Shown piece after piece: positions 1-14,500 of a stretch of DNA of 64,000 bases. The DNA is from Paragordius varius (lineage: Eukaryota; Animalia; Nematomorpha). Made by a program: the position numbers and the translations under genes. The stretch spans positions 13,082,001 to 13,146,000 of the forward strand of contig OZ176052.1 of NCBI GenBank assembly GCA_964247055.1, given 5' to 3'. Below the pieces are notes generated by a model that worked only from the letters and a program-made list of their open reading frames with translations, made no database searches and was not told the origin of the DNA. Position 1 is the first letter of the stretch. Each line of letters starts with the position of its first letter.

Positions 1-3000
1 GGTCACCGGTTAATAAAATTATTTTTTATACATTCTCTTAGTAGGACTACATCAAAATATAGAGATAGTTTGGCAAACTGTTTCATATCCGATTTTTACA
101 ACGATACTTTAAAAATTAATGTATAAAACTAGTCGCATCAATACTCAAGTTAAATTTTGTCCTTAAAAATGGGATATTGGTCACGGGTGAACAAAATTAT
201 TTTTTATACATTCTCTTAGTAGGACTACATCAAAATATAGAGATAGTTTGGCAAACTGTTTCATATCCGATTTTTACAACGATACTTTAAAAATTAATGT
301 ATTAAAATAGTCGCATCAATACTCAAGTTAAACTTTGTCCTTAAAAATCGGATATTGGTCACCGGTGAACAAAATTATTTTTTATACATTCTCTTAGCAA
401 GACTACATCAAAATATAGAGATAGTTTGACAAACTCTTTCATATCCGATTTTTACAACGATACTTTAAAAATTATGGTATTAAACTAGTCGCATCAATAC
501 TCAAATTAAACTTTGTCCTTAAAAATCGGATATTGGTCACCGGTGAACAAAATTATTTTTTATATATTCTCTTAGCAAGACTACATCATAATATAGAGAT
601 AGTTTGACAAACTCGTTCATATCCGATTTTTACAACTATACTTTAAATATTAATGTATTAAACTTGTCGCATCAATACTCAAGTCAAATTATGTCCTTAA
701 AAATGGGATATTGATCACTGGTGAACAAAACTATTTTTTATACATTCTCTAGTAAGACTACATCAAAATATAGAGATAGTTTGACAAACTCTTTCATATC
801 CGATTTTTACAACGATACTTTAAATATTAATGTATTAAACTTGTCGCATCAATACTCAAGTCAAATTATGTCCTTAAAAATGGGATATTGATCACTGGTG
901 AACAAAACTATTTTTTATACATTCTCTAGTAAGACTACATCAAAATATAGAGATAGTTTGACAAACTCTTTCATATCCGATTTTTACAACGATACTTTAT
1001 AAATTAATGTATAAAACAAGTCGTATCAATAAGTCGCATCAATACTCAAGTTAAACTTTGTCCTTAATATTGGTCACCGGTGAGAATAATTTTTTATACA
1101 TTCTCTTAGTAAGACTACATCAAAATATAGAGATAGTTTAAAAAACTCTTTCATATCCGATTTTTACAACGATACTTTAAAAATTAATGTATAAAAGTAG
1201 TCGCATCAATACTCAAGTCAAATTATGTCCTTAAAAATGGGATATTGATCACCGGTGAACAAAACTATTTTATACATTCTCTTAGTAAGACTACATCAAA
1301 ATATAGAGATAGTTTGGCAAACTCTTTCATATCCGATTTTTACAACGATACTTTAAAAATTATGGTATTAAACTAGTCGCATCAATACTCAAGTTAAACT
1401 TTGTCCTTAAAATCGGATATTGGTCACCGGTGAACAAAAAAATTTTTTTATACATTCTCTTAGCAAGACTACATCAAAATATAGAAATAGTTTGACAAAC
1501 TCTTTCATATCCGATTTTTACAACGATACTTTAAAAATTAATGTATAAAACTAGTCGCATCAATACTCAAGTTAAATTTTGTCCTTAAAAATGGGATATT
1601 GGTCACCGGTGAAAAAAATTATTTTTTATACATTCTCTTAGTAAGACTACATCCAAATATAGAGATAGTTTTACAAACTCTTTCATATCCGATTTTTACA
1701 AGGATACATTAAAATTTAGTGTATAAAACTAGTCGCATCAATACTCAAGTTAAACTTTGTCCTTAAAAATCGGATATTGGTCACCGGTGAACAAAATTAT
1801 TTTTTATACATTCTCTTAGCAAGACTACATCAAAATATAGAGATAGTTTGACAAACTCTTTCATATCCGATTTTTACAACGATACTTTAAAAATTATGGT
1901 ATTAAACTAGTCGCATCAATACTCAAGTTAAACTTTGTCCTTAAAAATCGGATATTGGTCACCGGTGAACAAAAAAATTTTTTTATACATTCTCTTAGCA
2001 AGACTACATCAAAATATAGAAATAGTTTGACAAACTCTTTCATATCCGATTTTTACAACGATACTTTAAAAATTAATGTATTAAAATAGTCGCATCAATA
2101 CTCAAGTTAAACTTTGTCCTTAAAAATCGGATATTGGTCACCGGTGAACAAAATTATTTTTTATACATTCTCTTAGCAAGACTACATCAAAATATAGAGA
2201 TAGTTTGACAAACTCTTTCATATCCGATTTTTACAACGATACTTTAAAAATTATGGTATTAAACTAGTCGCATCAATACTCAAATTAAACTTTGTCCTTA
2301 AAAATCGGATATTGGTCACCGGTGAACAAAATTATTTTTTATATATTCTCTTAGCAAGACTACATCATAATATAGAGATAGTTTGACAAACTCGTTCATA
2401 TCCGATTTTTACAACTATACTTTAAATATTAATGTATTAAACTTGTCGCATCAATACTCAAGTCAAATTATGTCCTTAAAAATGGGATATTGATCACTGG
2501 TGAACAAAACTATTTTTTATACATTCTCTAGTAAGACTACATCAAAATATAGAGATAGTTTGACAAACTCTTTCATATCCGATTTTTACAACGATACTTT
2601 ATAAATTAATGTATAAAACTAGTCGTATCAATAAGTCGCATCAATACTCAAGTTAAACTTTGTCCTTAATATTGGTCACCGGTGAGAATAATTTTTTATA
2701 CATTCTCTTAGTAAGACTACATCAAAATATAGAGATAGTTTAAAAAACTCTTTCATATCCGATTTTTACAACGATACTTTAAAAATTAATGTATAAAAGT
2801 AGTCGCATCAATACTCAAGTCAAATTATGTCCTTAAAAATGGGATATTGATCACCGGTGAACAAAACTATTTTATACATTCTCTTAGTAAGACTACATCA
2901 AAATATAGAGATAGTTTGGCAAACTCTTTCATATCCGATTTTTACAACGATACTTTAAAAATTAATGTGTTAAACTAGTCGCATCAATACTCAAGTTAAA

Positions 3001-6000
3001 CTTTGTCCTTAAAAATCGAATATTGGTCACCGGTGAACAAAATTATTTTTTATACATTTTCTTAGTAAGACTACATCAAAATATAGAAATAGTTTGACAA
3101 ACTCTTTCATATCCGATTTTTACAACGATACTTTAAAAATTAATGTATAAAACTAGTCGCATCAATACTCAAGTTAAATTTTGTCCTTAAAAATGGGATA
3201 TTGGTCACCGGTGAACAAAACTATTTTTTATACATTCTCTTAGTAAGACTACATCAAAATATAGAGATAGTTTGACAAACTCTTTCATATCCGATTTTTA
3301 CAACGATACTGTAAAAATTAATGTATAAAACTAGTCGCATTACTCAAGTTAAACTTTGTCCTTAAAAATCGGATATTGGTCACCGCTGAAAAAAATTATT
3401 TTTTATACATTCTCTTATTAAGACTACATCCAAATATAGAGATAGTTTGACAAACTCTTTCATATCCGATTTTTACAACGATACTTTAAAAATTAATGTG
3501 TTAAACTAGTCGCATCAATACTCAAGTTAAACTTTGTCCTTAAAAATCGGATATTGGTCTCCGGTGAATAAAATTATTTTTTATACATTCTCTTAGTAGG
3601 ACTACATCAAAATATAGAAATAGTTTGACAAACTCTTTCATATCCGATTTTTAAAACGATACTTTAAAAATTAATGTATAAAACTAGTCGTATCAATAAA
3701 TCGCATCAATACTCAAGTTAAACTTTGTCCTTAAAAATCGGATATTGGTCACGGGTGAACAAAATTATTTTTTATACATTCTCTTAGTAGGACTACATCA
3801 AAATATAGAGATAGTTTGGCAAACTGTTTCATATCCGATTTTTACAACGATACTTTAAAAATTAATGTATAAAACTAGTCGCATCAATACTCAAGTTAAA
3901 TTTTGTCCTTAAAAATGGGATATTGGTCACCGGTGAAAAAAATTATTTTTTATACATTCTCTTAGTAAGACTACATCCAAATATAGAGATAGTTTTACAA
4001 ACTCTTTCATATCCGATTTTTACAAGGATACATTAAAAATTAGTGTATAAAACTAGTCGCATCAATACTCAAGTTAAACTTTGTCCTAAAAAATCGAATA
4101 TTGGTCACCGGTGAACAAAATTATTTTTTATACATTCTCTTAGTAAGACTACATCAAAATATAGAGATAGTTTGACAAACTCTATATCCGATTTTTACAA
4201 CGATACTTTAAAAATTAATGTAAACTAGTCGCATCAATACTCAAGTTAAACTTTGTCCTTAAAATCGGATATTGGTCACCGGTGAACAAAAAAATTTTTT
4301 TATACATTCTCTTAGCAAGACTACATCAAAATATAGAAATAGTTTGACAAACTCTTTCATATCCGATTTTTACAACGATACTTTAAAAATTAATGTATTA
4401 AAATAGTCGCATCAATACTCAAGTTAAACTTTGTCCTTAAAAATCGTATTGGTCACCGGTGAACAAAATTATTTTTTATACATTCTCTTAGCAAGACTAC
4501 ATCAAAATATAGAGATAGTTTGACAAACTCTTTCATATCCGATTTTTACAACGATACTTTAAAAATTATGGTATTAAACTAGTCGCATCAATACTCAAAT
4601 TAAACTTTGTCCTTAAAAATCGGATATTGGTCACCGGTGAACAAAATTATTTTTTATATATTCTCTTAGCAAGACTACATCATAATATAGAGATAGTTTG
4701 ACAAACTCTTTCATATCCGATTTTTACAACGATACTTTAATGTATTAAACTAGTCGCATCAATACTCAAGTTAAACTTTGTCCTTAAAAATCGGATATTG
4801 GTCACCGGTGAACAAAATTATTTTTTATACATTCTCTTAGCAAGACTACATCAAAATATAGAGATAGTTTGACAAACTCTTTCATATCCGATTTTTACAA
4901 CGATACTTTAAATATTAATGTATTAAACTTGTCGCATCAATACTCAAGTCAAATTATGTCCTTAAAAATGGGATATTGATCACTGGTGAACAAAACTATT
5001 TTTTATACATTCTCTAGTAAGACTACATCAAAATATAGAGATAGTTTGACAAACTCTTTCATATCCGATTTTTACAACGATACTTTATAAATTAATGTAT
5101 AAAACTAGTCGTATCAATAAGTCGCATCAATACTCAAGTTAAACTTTGTCCTTAATATTGGTCACCGGTGAGAATAAATTTTTATACATTCTCTTAGTAA
5201 GACTACATCAAAATATAGAGATAGTTTAAAAAACTCTTTCATATCCGATTTTTACAACGATACTTTAAAAATTAATGTATAAAAGTAGTCGCATCAATAC
5301 TCAAGTCAAATTATGTCCTTAAAAATGGGATATTGATCACCGGTGAACAAAACTATTTTATACATTCTCTTAGTAAGACTACATCAAAATATATAGATAG
5401 TTTGGCAAACTCTTTCATATCCGATTTTTACAACGATACTTTAAAAATTATGGTATTAAACTAGTCGCATCAATACTCAAATTAAACTTTGCCCTTAAAA
5501 ATCGGATATTGGTCACCGGTGAACAAAATTATTTTTTATATATTCTCTTAGCAAGACTACATCATAATATAGAGATAGTTTGACAAACTCTTTCATATCC
5601 GATTTTTACAACGATACTTTAATGTATTAAACTAGTCGCATCAATACTCAAGTTAAACTTTGTCCTTAAAAATCGGATATTGGTCACCGGTGAACAAAAT
5701 TATTTTTTATACATTCTCTTAGCAAGACTACATCAAAATATAGAGATAGTTTGACAAACTCTTTCATATCCGATTTTTACAACGATACTTTAAAAATTAA
5801 TGTATAAAAGTAGTCGCATCAATACTCAAGTCAAATTATGTCCTTAAAAATCGGATATTGGTCACCGGTGAACAAAATTATTTTTTATACATTCTCTTAG
5901 CAAGACTACACTAAAATATAGAGATAGTTTGGCAAACTCTTTCATCCGATTTTTACAACGATACTTTAAAAATTAATGTATAAAACTAGTCGCATCAATA

Positions 6001-8500
6001 CTCAAGTTAAACTTTGTCCTTAAAAATCGAATATTGGTCACCGGTGAACAAAATTATTTTTTATACATTCTCTTAGTAGGACTACATCAAAATATAGAGA
6101 TAGTTTGGCAAACTCTTTCATATCCGATTTTTACAACGATACTTTAAAAATTAATGTATTAAATTAGTCGCATCAATACTCAAGTTAAACTTTGTCCTTA
6201 AAAATCGGATATTGGTCACCGGTAAACAAAAAATTTTTTTTATACATTCTCTTAGCAAGACTACATCAAAATATAGAAATAGTTTGACAAACTCTTTCAT
6301 ATCCGATTTTTACAACGATACTTTAAAAATTAATGTATTAAAATAGTCGCATCAATACTCAAGTTAAACTTTGTCCTTAAAAATCGGATATTGGTCACCG
6401 GTGAACAAAATTATTTTTTATACATTCTCTTAGCAAGACTACATCAAAATATAGAGATAGTTTGACAAACTCTTTCATATCCGATTTTTACAACGATACT
6501 TTAAAAATTAATGTATAAAACTGGTCGTATCAATAAATCGCATCAATACTCAAGTTAAACTTTGTCCTTAAAAATCGAATATTGGTCACCGGTGAACAAA
6601 ATTATTTTTTATACATTCTCTTAGTAAGACTACATCAAAATATAGAGATAGTTTGACAAACTCTTTCATATCCGATTTTTACAACGATACTTTAAAAATT
6701 ATGGTATTAAACTAGTCGCATCAATACTCAAATTAAACTTTGTCCTTAAAAATCGTATATTGGTCACCGGTGAACAAAATTATTTTTTATATATTCTCTT
6801 AGCAAGACTACATCAAAATATAGAGATAGTTTGACAAACTCGTTCATATCCGATTTTTACAACGATACTTTAAATATTAATGTATTAAACTTGTCGCATC
6901 AATACTCAAGTCAAATTATGTCCTTAAAAATGGGATATTGATCACTGGTGAACAAAACTATTTTTTATACATTCTCTAGTAAGACTACATCAAAATATAG
7001 AGATAGTTTGACAAACTCTTTCATATCCGATTTTTACAACGATACTTTATAAATTAATGTATAAAACTAGTCGTATCAATAAGTCGCATCAATACTCAAG
7101 TTAAACTTTGTCCTTAATATTGGTCACCGGTGAGAATAATTTTTTATACATTCTCTTAATAAGACTACATCAAAATATAGAGATAGTTTGAAAAACTCTT
7201 TCATATCCGATTTTTACAACGATACTTTAAAAATTAATGTATAAAAGTAGTCGCATCAATACTCAAGTCAAATTATGTCCTTAAAAATGGGATATTGATC
7301 ACCGGTGAACAAAACTATTTTATACATTCTCTTAGTAAGACTACATCAAAATATAGAGATAGTTTGGCAAACTCTTTCATATCCGATTTTTACAACGATA
7401 CTTTAAAAATTAATGTATAAAACTAGTCGCATCAATACTCAAGTTAAACTTTATCCTTAAAAATTGGATATTGGTCACCGGTGAACAAAATAATTTTTTA
7501 TACATTCTCTTAGTAAGACTACATCAAAATATAGAGATAGTTTGACAAACTCTTTCATATCCGATTTTTACAACGATACTTTAAAAATTATGGTATTAAA
7601 ATAGTCTCATCAATACTCAAATTAAACTTTGTCCTTAAAAATCGGATATTGGTCACCGGTGAACAAAATTATTTTTTATATATTCTCTTAGCAAGACTAC
7701 ATCATAATATAGAGATAGTTTGACAAACTTCATATCCGATTTTTACAACGATACTTTAATGTATTAAACTAGTCGCATCAATACTCAAGTTAAACTTTGT
7801 CCTTAAAAATCGGATATTGGTCACCGGTGAACAAAATTATTTTTTATACATTCTCTTAGCAAGACTACATCAAAATATAGAGATAGTTTGACAAACTCTT
7901 TCATATCCGATTTTTACAACGATACTTTAAAAATTAATGTATAAAAGTAGTCGCATCAATACTCAAGTCAAATTATGTCCTTAAAAATCGGATATTGGTC
8001 ACCGGTGAACAAAATTATTTTTTATACATTCTCTTAGCAAGACTACACTAAAATATAGAGATAGTTTGGCAAACTCTTTCATCCGATTTTTACAACGATA
8101 CTTTAAAAATTAATGTATAAAACTAGTCGCATCAATACTCAAGTTAAACTTTGTCCTTAAAAATCGAATATTGGTCACCGGTGAACAAAATTATTTTTTA
8201 TACATTCTCTTAGTAGGACTACATCAAAATATAGAGATAGTTTGGCAAACTCTTTCATATCCGATTTTTACAACGATACTTTAAAAATTAATGTATTAAA
8301 CTAGTCGCATCAATACTCAAGTTAAACTTTGTCCTTAAAAATCGGATATTGGTCACCGGTAAACAAAAAATTTTTTTTATACATTCTCTTAGCAAGACTA
8401 CATCAAAATATAGAAATAGTTTGACAAACTCTTTCATATCCGATTTTTACAACGATACTTTAAAAATTAATGTATTAAAATAGTCGCATCAATACTCAAG
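1..8500. repeat. HOR domain 1: irregular multimers around a recurring variant cassette
   Basis: The deletion marker tccttaatattgg occurs at 1061, 2663, 5149, 7111 (spacings 1602, 2486, 1962 bp = 9, 14, 11 monomers). Marker gactacacta occurs at 5904 and 8041 (2137 bp, 12 monomers). Confidence 0.85.
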
Positions 8501-8519
8501 TTAAACTTTGTCCTTAAAA

Positions 8520-11500
8520 ATCGGATATTGGTCACCGGTGAACAAAATTATTTTTTATACATTCTCTTACCAAGACTACATCAAAATATAGAGATAGTTT
8601 GACAAACTCTTTCATATCCGATTTTTACAACGATACTTTAAAAATTAATGTATAAAACTGGTCGTATCAATAAATCGCATCAATACTCAAGTTAAACTTT
8701 GTCCTTAAAAATCGAATATTGGTCACCGGTGAACAAAATTATTTTTTATACATTCTCTTAGTAAGACTACATCAAAATATAGAGATAGTTTGACAAACTC
8801 TATATCCGATTATTACAAGGATACTTTAAAAATTAGTGTATAAAACTAGTCGCATCAATACTCAAGTTAAATTTTGTCCTTAAAAATGGGATATTGATCA
8901 CCGGTGAACAAAACTATTTTTTATATATTCTCTTAGTAAGTCTACATCAAAATATAGAAATAGTTTGACAAACTCTTTCATATCCGATTTTTACAACGAT
9001 ACTTTAAAAATTAATGTATAAAACTAGTCGTATCAATAAATCGCCTCAATACTCAAGTTAAACTTTGTCCTTAAAAATCGGATATTGGTCACCGGTGAAC
9101 AAAATTATTTTTTATACATTCTCTTAGTAGGACTACATCAAAATATAGAGATAGTTTGACAAACTCTTTCATATCCGATTTTTACAACGATACTTTAAAA
9201 ATTAATGTATTAAACTAGTCGCATCAATACTCAAGTTAAACTTTGTCCTTGAAAATCGGATATTGGTCACCGGTGAACAAAATTATTTTTTATACATTCT
9301 CTTAGCAAGACTACATCAAAATATAGAGATAGTTTGGCAAACTCTTTCATCCGATTTTTACAACGATACTTTAAAAATTAATGTATAAAACTAGTCGCAT
9401 CAATATTCAAGTTAAACTTTGTCCTTAAAAATCGAATATTGGTCACCGGTGAACAAAATTATTTTTTATACATTCTCTTAGTAACACTACATCAAAATAT
9501 AGAGATAGTTTGACAAACTCTATATCCGATTATTACAAGGATACATTAAAAATTAGTGTTAAAACTAGTCGCATCAATACTCAAGTTAAATTTTGTCCTT
9601 AAAAATGTGATATTGATCACCGGTGAACAAAACTATTTTTATACATTCTCTTAGTAAGTCTACATCAAAATATAGAAATAGTTTGACAAACTCTTTCATA
9701 TCCGATTTTTACAACGATACTTTAAAAATTAATGTAAAATAGTCGCATCAATAAATCGCATCAATACTCAAGTTAAATTTTGTCCTTAAAAATCGGATAT
9801 TGGTCACCGGTGAACAAAATTATTTTTTATACATTCTCTTAGTAGGACTACATAAAAATATAGAGATAGTTTGGCAAACTCTTTCATATCCGATTTTTAC
9901 AACGATACTTTAAAAATTGATGTATTAAACTAGTCGCATCTATACTCAAGTTAAACTTTGTCCTTAAAAATCGGATATTGGTCACCGGTGAACAAAATTA
10001 TTTTTTATACATTCTCTTAGCAAGACTACATCAAAATATAGAGATAGTTTGGCAAACTCTTTCATCCGATTTTTACAACGATACTTTAAAAATTAATGTA
10101 TAAAACTAGTCGCATCAATATTCAAGTTAAACTTTGTCCTTAAAAATCGAATATTGGTCACCGGTGAACAAAATTATTTTTTATACATTCTCTTAGTAAG
10201 ACTACATCAAAATATAGAGATAGTTTGACAAACTCTATATCCGATTATTACAAGGATACTTTAAAAATTAGTGTATAAAACTAGTCGCATCAATACTCAA
10301 GTTAAACTTTGTCCTTAAAAATCGGATATTGGTCACCGGTGAACAAAATTATTTTTTATACATTCTCTTACCAAGACTACATCAAAATATAGAGATAGTT
10401 TGACAAACTCTTTCATATCCGATTTTTACAACGATACTTTAAAAATTAATGTATAAAACTGGTCGTATCAATAAATCGCATCAATACTCAAGTTAAACTT
10501 TGTCCTTAAAAATCGAATATTGGTCACCGGTGAACAAAATTATTTTTTGTACATTCTCTTAGTAAGACTACATCAAAATATAGAGATAGTTTGACAAACT
10601 CTATATCCGATTATTACAAGGATACTTTAAAAATTAGTGTATAAAACTACTCGCATCAATACTCAAGTTAAATTTTGTCCTTAAAAATGGGATATTGATC
10701 ACCGGTGAACAAAACTATTTTTTATACATTCTCTTAGTAAGTCTACATCAAAATATAGAAATAGTTTGACAAACTCTTTCATATCCGATTTTTACAACGA
10801 TACTTTAAAAATTAATGTATAAAACTGGTCGTATCAATAAATCGCATCAATACTCAAGTTAAACTTTGTCCTTAAAAATCGAATATTGGTCACCGGTGAA
10901 CAAAATTATTTTTTATACATTCTCTTAGTAAGACTACATCAAAATATAGAGATAGTTTGACAAACTCTATATCCGATTATTACAAGGATACTTTAAAAAT
11001 TAGTGTATAAAACTAGTCGCATCAATACTCAAGTTAAATTTTGTCCTTAAAAATGGGATATTGATCACCGGTGAACAAAACTATTTTTTATACATTCTCT
11101 TAGTAAGTCTACATCAAAATATAGAAATAGTTTGACAAACTCTTTCATATCCGATTTTTACAACGATACTTTAAAAATTAATGTATAAAACTAGTCGTAT
11201 CAATAAATCGCCTCAATACTCAAGTTAAACTTTGTCCTTAAAAATCGGATATTGGTCACCGGTGAACAAAATTATTTTTTATACATTCTCTTAGTAGGAC
11301 TACATCAAAATATAGAGATAGTTTGACAAACTCTTTCATATCCGATTTTTACAACGATACTTTAAAAATTAATGTATTAAACTAGTCGCATCAATACTCA
11401 AGTTAAACTTTGTCCTTGAAAATCGGATATTGGTCACCGGTGAACAAAATTATTTTTTATACATTCTCTTAGCAAGACTACATCAAAATATAGAGATAGT

Positions 11501-14500
11501 TTGGCAAACTCTTTCATCCGATTTTTACAACGATACTTTAAAAATTAATGTATAAAACTAGTCGCATCAATATTCAAGTTAAACTTTGTCCTTAAAAATC
11601 GAATATTGGTCACCGGTGAACAAAATTATTTTTTATACATTCTCTTAGTAACACTACATCAAAATATAGAGATAGTTTGACAAACTCTATATCCGATTAT
11701 TACAAGGATACATTAAAAATTAGTGTTAAAACTAGTCGCATCAATACTCAAGTTAAATTTTGTCCTTAAAAATGTGATATTGATCACCGGTGAACAAAAC
11801 TATTTTTATACATTCTCTTAGTAAGTCTACATCAAAATATAGAAATAGTTTGACAAACTCTTTCATATCCGATTTTTACAACGATACTTTAAAAATTAAT
11901 GTAAAATAGTCGCATCAATAAATCGCATCAATACTCAAGTTAAATTTTGTCCTTAAAAATCGGATATTGGTCACCGGTGAACAAAATTATTTTTTATACA
12001 TTCTCTTAGTAGGACTACATAAAAATATAGAGATAGTTTGGCAAACTCTTTCATATCCGATTTTTACAACGATACTTTAAAAATTGATGTATTAAACTAG
12101 TCGCATCTATACTCAAGTTAAACTTTGTCCTTAAAAATCGGATATTGGTCACCGGTGAACAAAATTATTTTTTATACATTCTCTTAGCAAGACTACATCA
12201 AAATATAGAGATAGTTTGGCAAACTCTTTCATCCGATTTTTACAACGATACTTTAAAAATTAATGTATAAAACTAGTCGCATCAATATTCAAGTTAAACT
12301 TTGTCCTTAAAAATCGAATATTGGTCACCGGTGAACAAAATTATTTTTTATACATTCTCTTAGTAAGACTACATCAAAATATAGAGATAGTTTGACAAAC
12401 TCTATATCCGATTATTACAAGGATACTTTAAAAATTAGTGTATAAAACTAGTCGCATCAATACTCAAGTTAAACTTTGTCCTTAAAAATCGGATATTGGT
12501 CACCGGTGAACAAAATTATTTTTTATACATTCTCTTACCAAGACTACATCAAAATATAGAGATAGTTTGACAAACTCTTTCATATCCGATTTTTACAACG
12601 ATACTTTAAAAATTAATGTATAAAACTGGTCGTATCAATAAATCGCATCAATACTCAAGTTAAACTTTGTCCTTAAAAATCGAATATTGGTCACCGGTGA
12701 ACAAAATTATTTTTTGTACATTCTCTTAGTAAGACTACATCAAAATATAGAGATAGTTTGACAAACTCTATATCCGATTATTACAAGGATACTTTAAAAA
12801 TTAGTGTATAAAACTACTCGCATCAATACTCAAGTTAAATTTTGTCCTTAAAAATGGGATATTGATCACCGGTGAACAAAACTATTTTTTATACATTCTC
12901 TTAGTAAGTCTACATCAAAATATAGAAATAGTTTGACAAACTCTTTCATATCCGATTTTTACAACGATACTTTAAAAATTAATGTATAAAACTGGTCGTA
13001 TCAATAAATCGCATCAATACTCAAGTTAAACTTTGTCCTTAAAAATCGAATATTGGTCACCGGTGAACAAAATTATTTTTTATACATTCTCTTAGTAAGA
13101 CTACATCAAAATATAGAGATAGTTTGACAAACTCTATATCCGATTATTACAAGGATACTTTAAAAATTAGTGTATAAAACTAGTCGCATCAATACTCAAG
13201 TTAAATTTTGTCCTTAAAAATGGGATATTGATCACCGGTGAACAAAACTATTTTTTATACATTCTCTTAGTAAGTCTACATCAAAATATAGAAATAGTTT
13301 GACAAACTCTTTCATATCCGATTTTTACAACGATACTTTAAAAATTAATGTATAAAACTAGTCGTATCAATAAATCGCATCAATACTCAAGTTAAACTTT
13401 GTCCTTAAAAATCGGATATTGGTCACCGGTGAACAAAATTATTTTTTATACATTCTCTTAGTAGGACTACATCAAAATATAGAGATAGTTTGACAAACTC
13501 TTTCATATCCGATTTTTACAACGATACTTTAAAAATTAATGTATTAAACTAGTCGCATCAATACTCAAGTTAAACTTTGTCCTTGAAAATCGGATATTGG
13601 TCACCGGTGAACAAAATTATTTTTTATACATTCTCTTAGCAAGACTACATCAAAATATAGAGATAGTTTGGCAAACTCTTTCATCCGATTTTTACAACGA
13701 TACTTTAAAAATTAATGTATAAAACTAGTCGCATCAATATTCAAGTTAAACTTTGTCCTTAAAAATCGAATATTGGTCACCGGTGAACAAAATTATTTTT
13801 TATACATTCTCTTAGTAACACTACATCAAAATATAGAGATAGTTTGACAAACTCTATATCCGATTATTACAAGGATACATTAAAAATTAGTGTTAAAACT
13901 AGTCGCATCAATACTCAAGTTAAATTTTGTCCTTAAAAATGTGATATTGATCACCGGTGAACAAAACTATTTTTATACATTCTCTTAGTAAGTCTACATC
14001 AAAATATAGAAATAGTTTGACAAACTCTTTCATATCCGATTTTTACAACGATACTTTAAAAATTAATGTAAAATAGTCGCATCAATAAATCGCATCAATA
14101 CTCAAGTTAAATTTTGTCCTTAAAAATCGGATATTGGTCACCGGTGAACAAAATTATTTTTTATACATTCTCTTAGTAGGACTACATAAAAATATAGAGA
14201 TAGTTTGGCAAACTCTTTCATATCCGATTTTTACAACGATACTTTAAAAATTGATGTATTAAACTAGTCGCATCTATACTCAAGTTAAACTTTGTCCTTA
14301 AAAATCGGATATTGGTCACCGGTGAACAAAATTATTTTTTATACATTCTCTTAGCAAGACTACATCAAAATATAGAGATAGTTTGGCAAACTCTTTCATC
14401 CGATTTTTACAACGATACTTTAAAAATTAATGTATAAAACTAGTCGCATCAATATTCAAGTTAAACTTTGTCCTTAAAAATCGAATATTGGTCACCGGTG

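Noticed and set aside
1-534. CENP-B box, or identity with Arabidopsis CEN178 or primate alpha satellite
   Set aside because: No TTCG-N4-A-N2-CGGG motif was found by eye on either strand. Only the length resembles CEN178; I recognise no sequence similarity.
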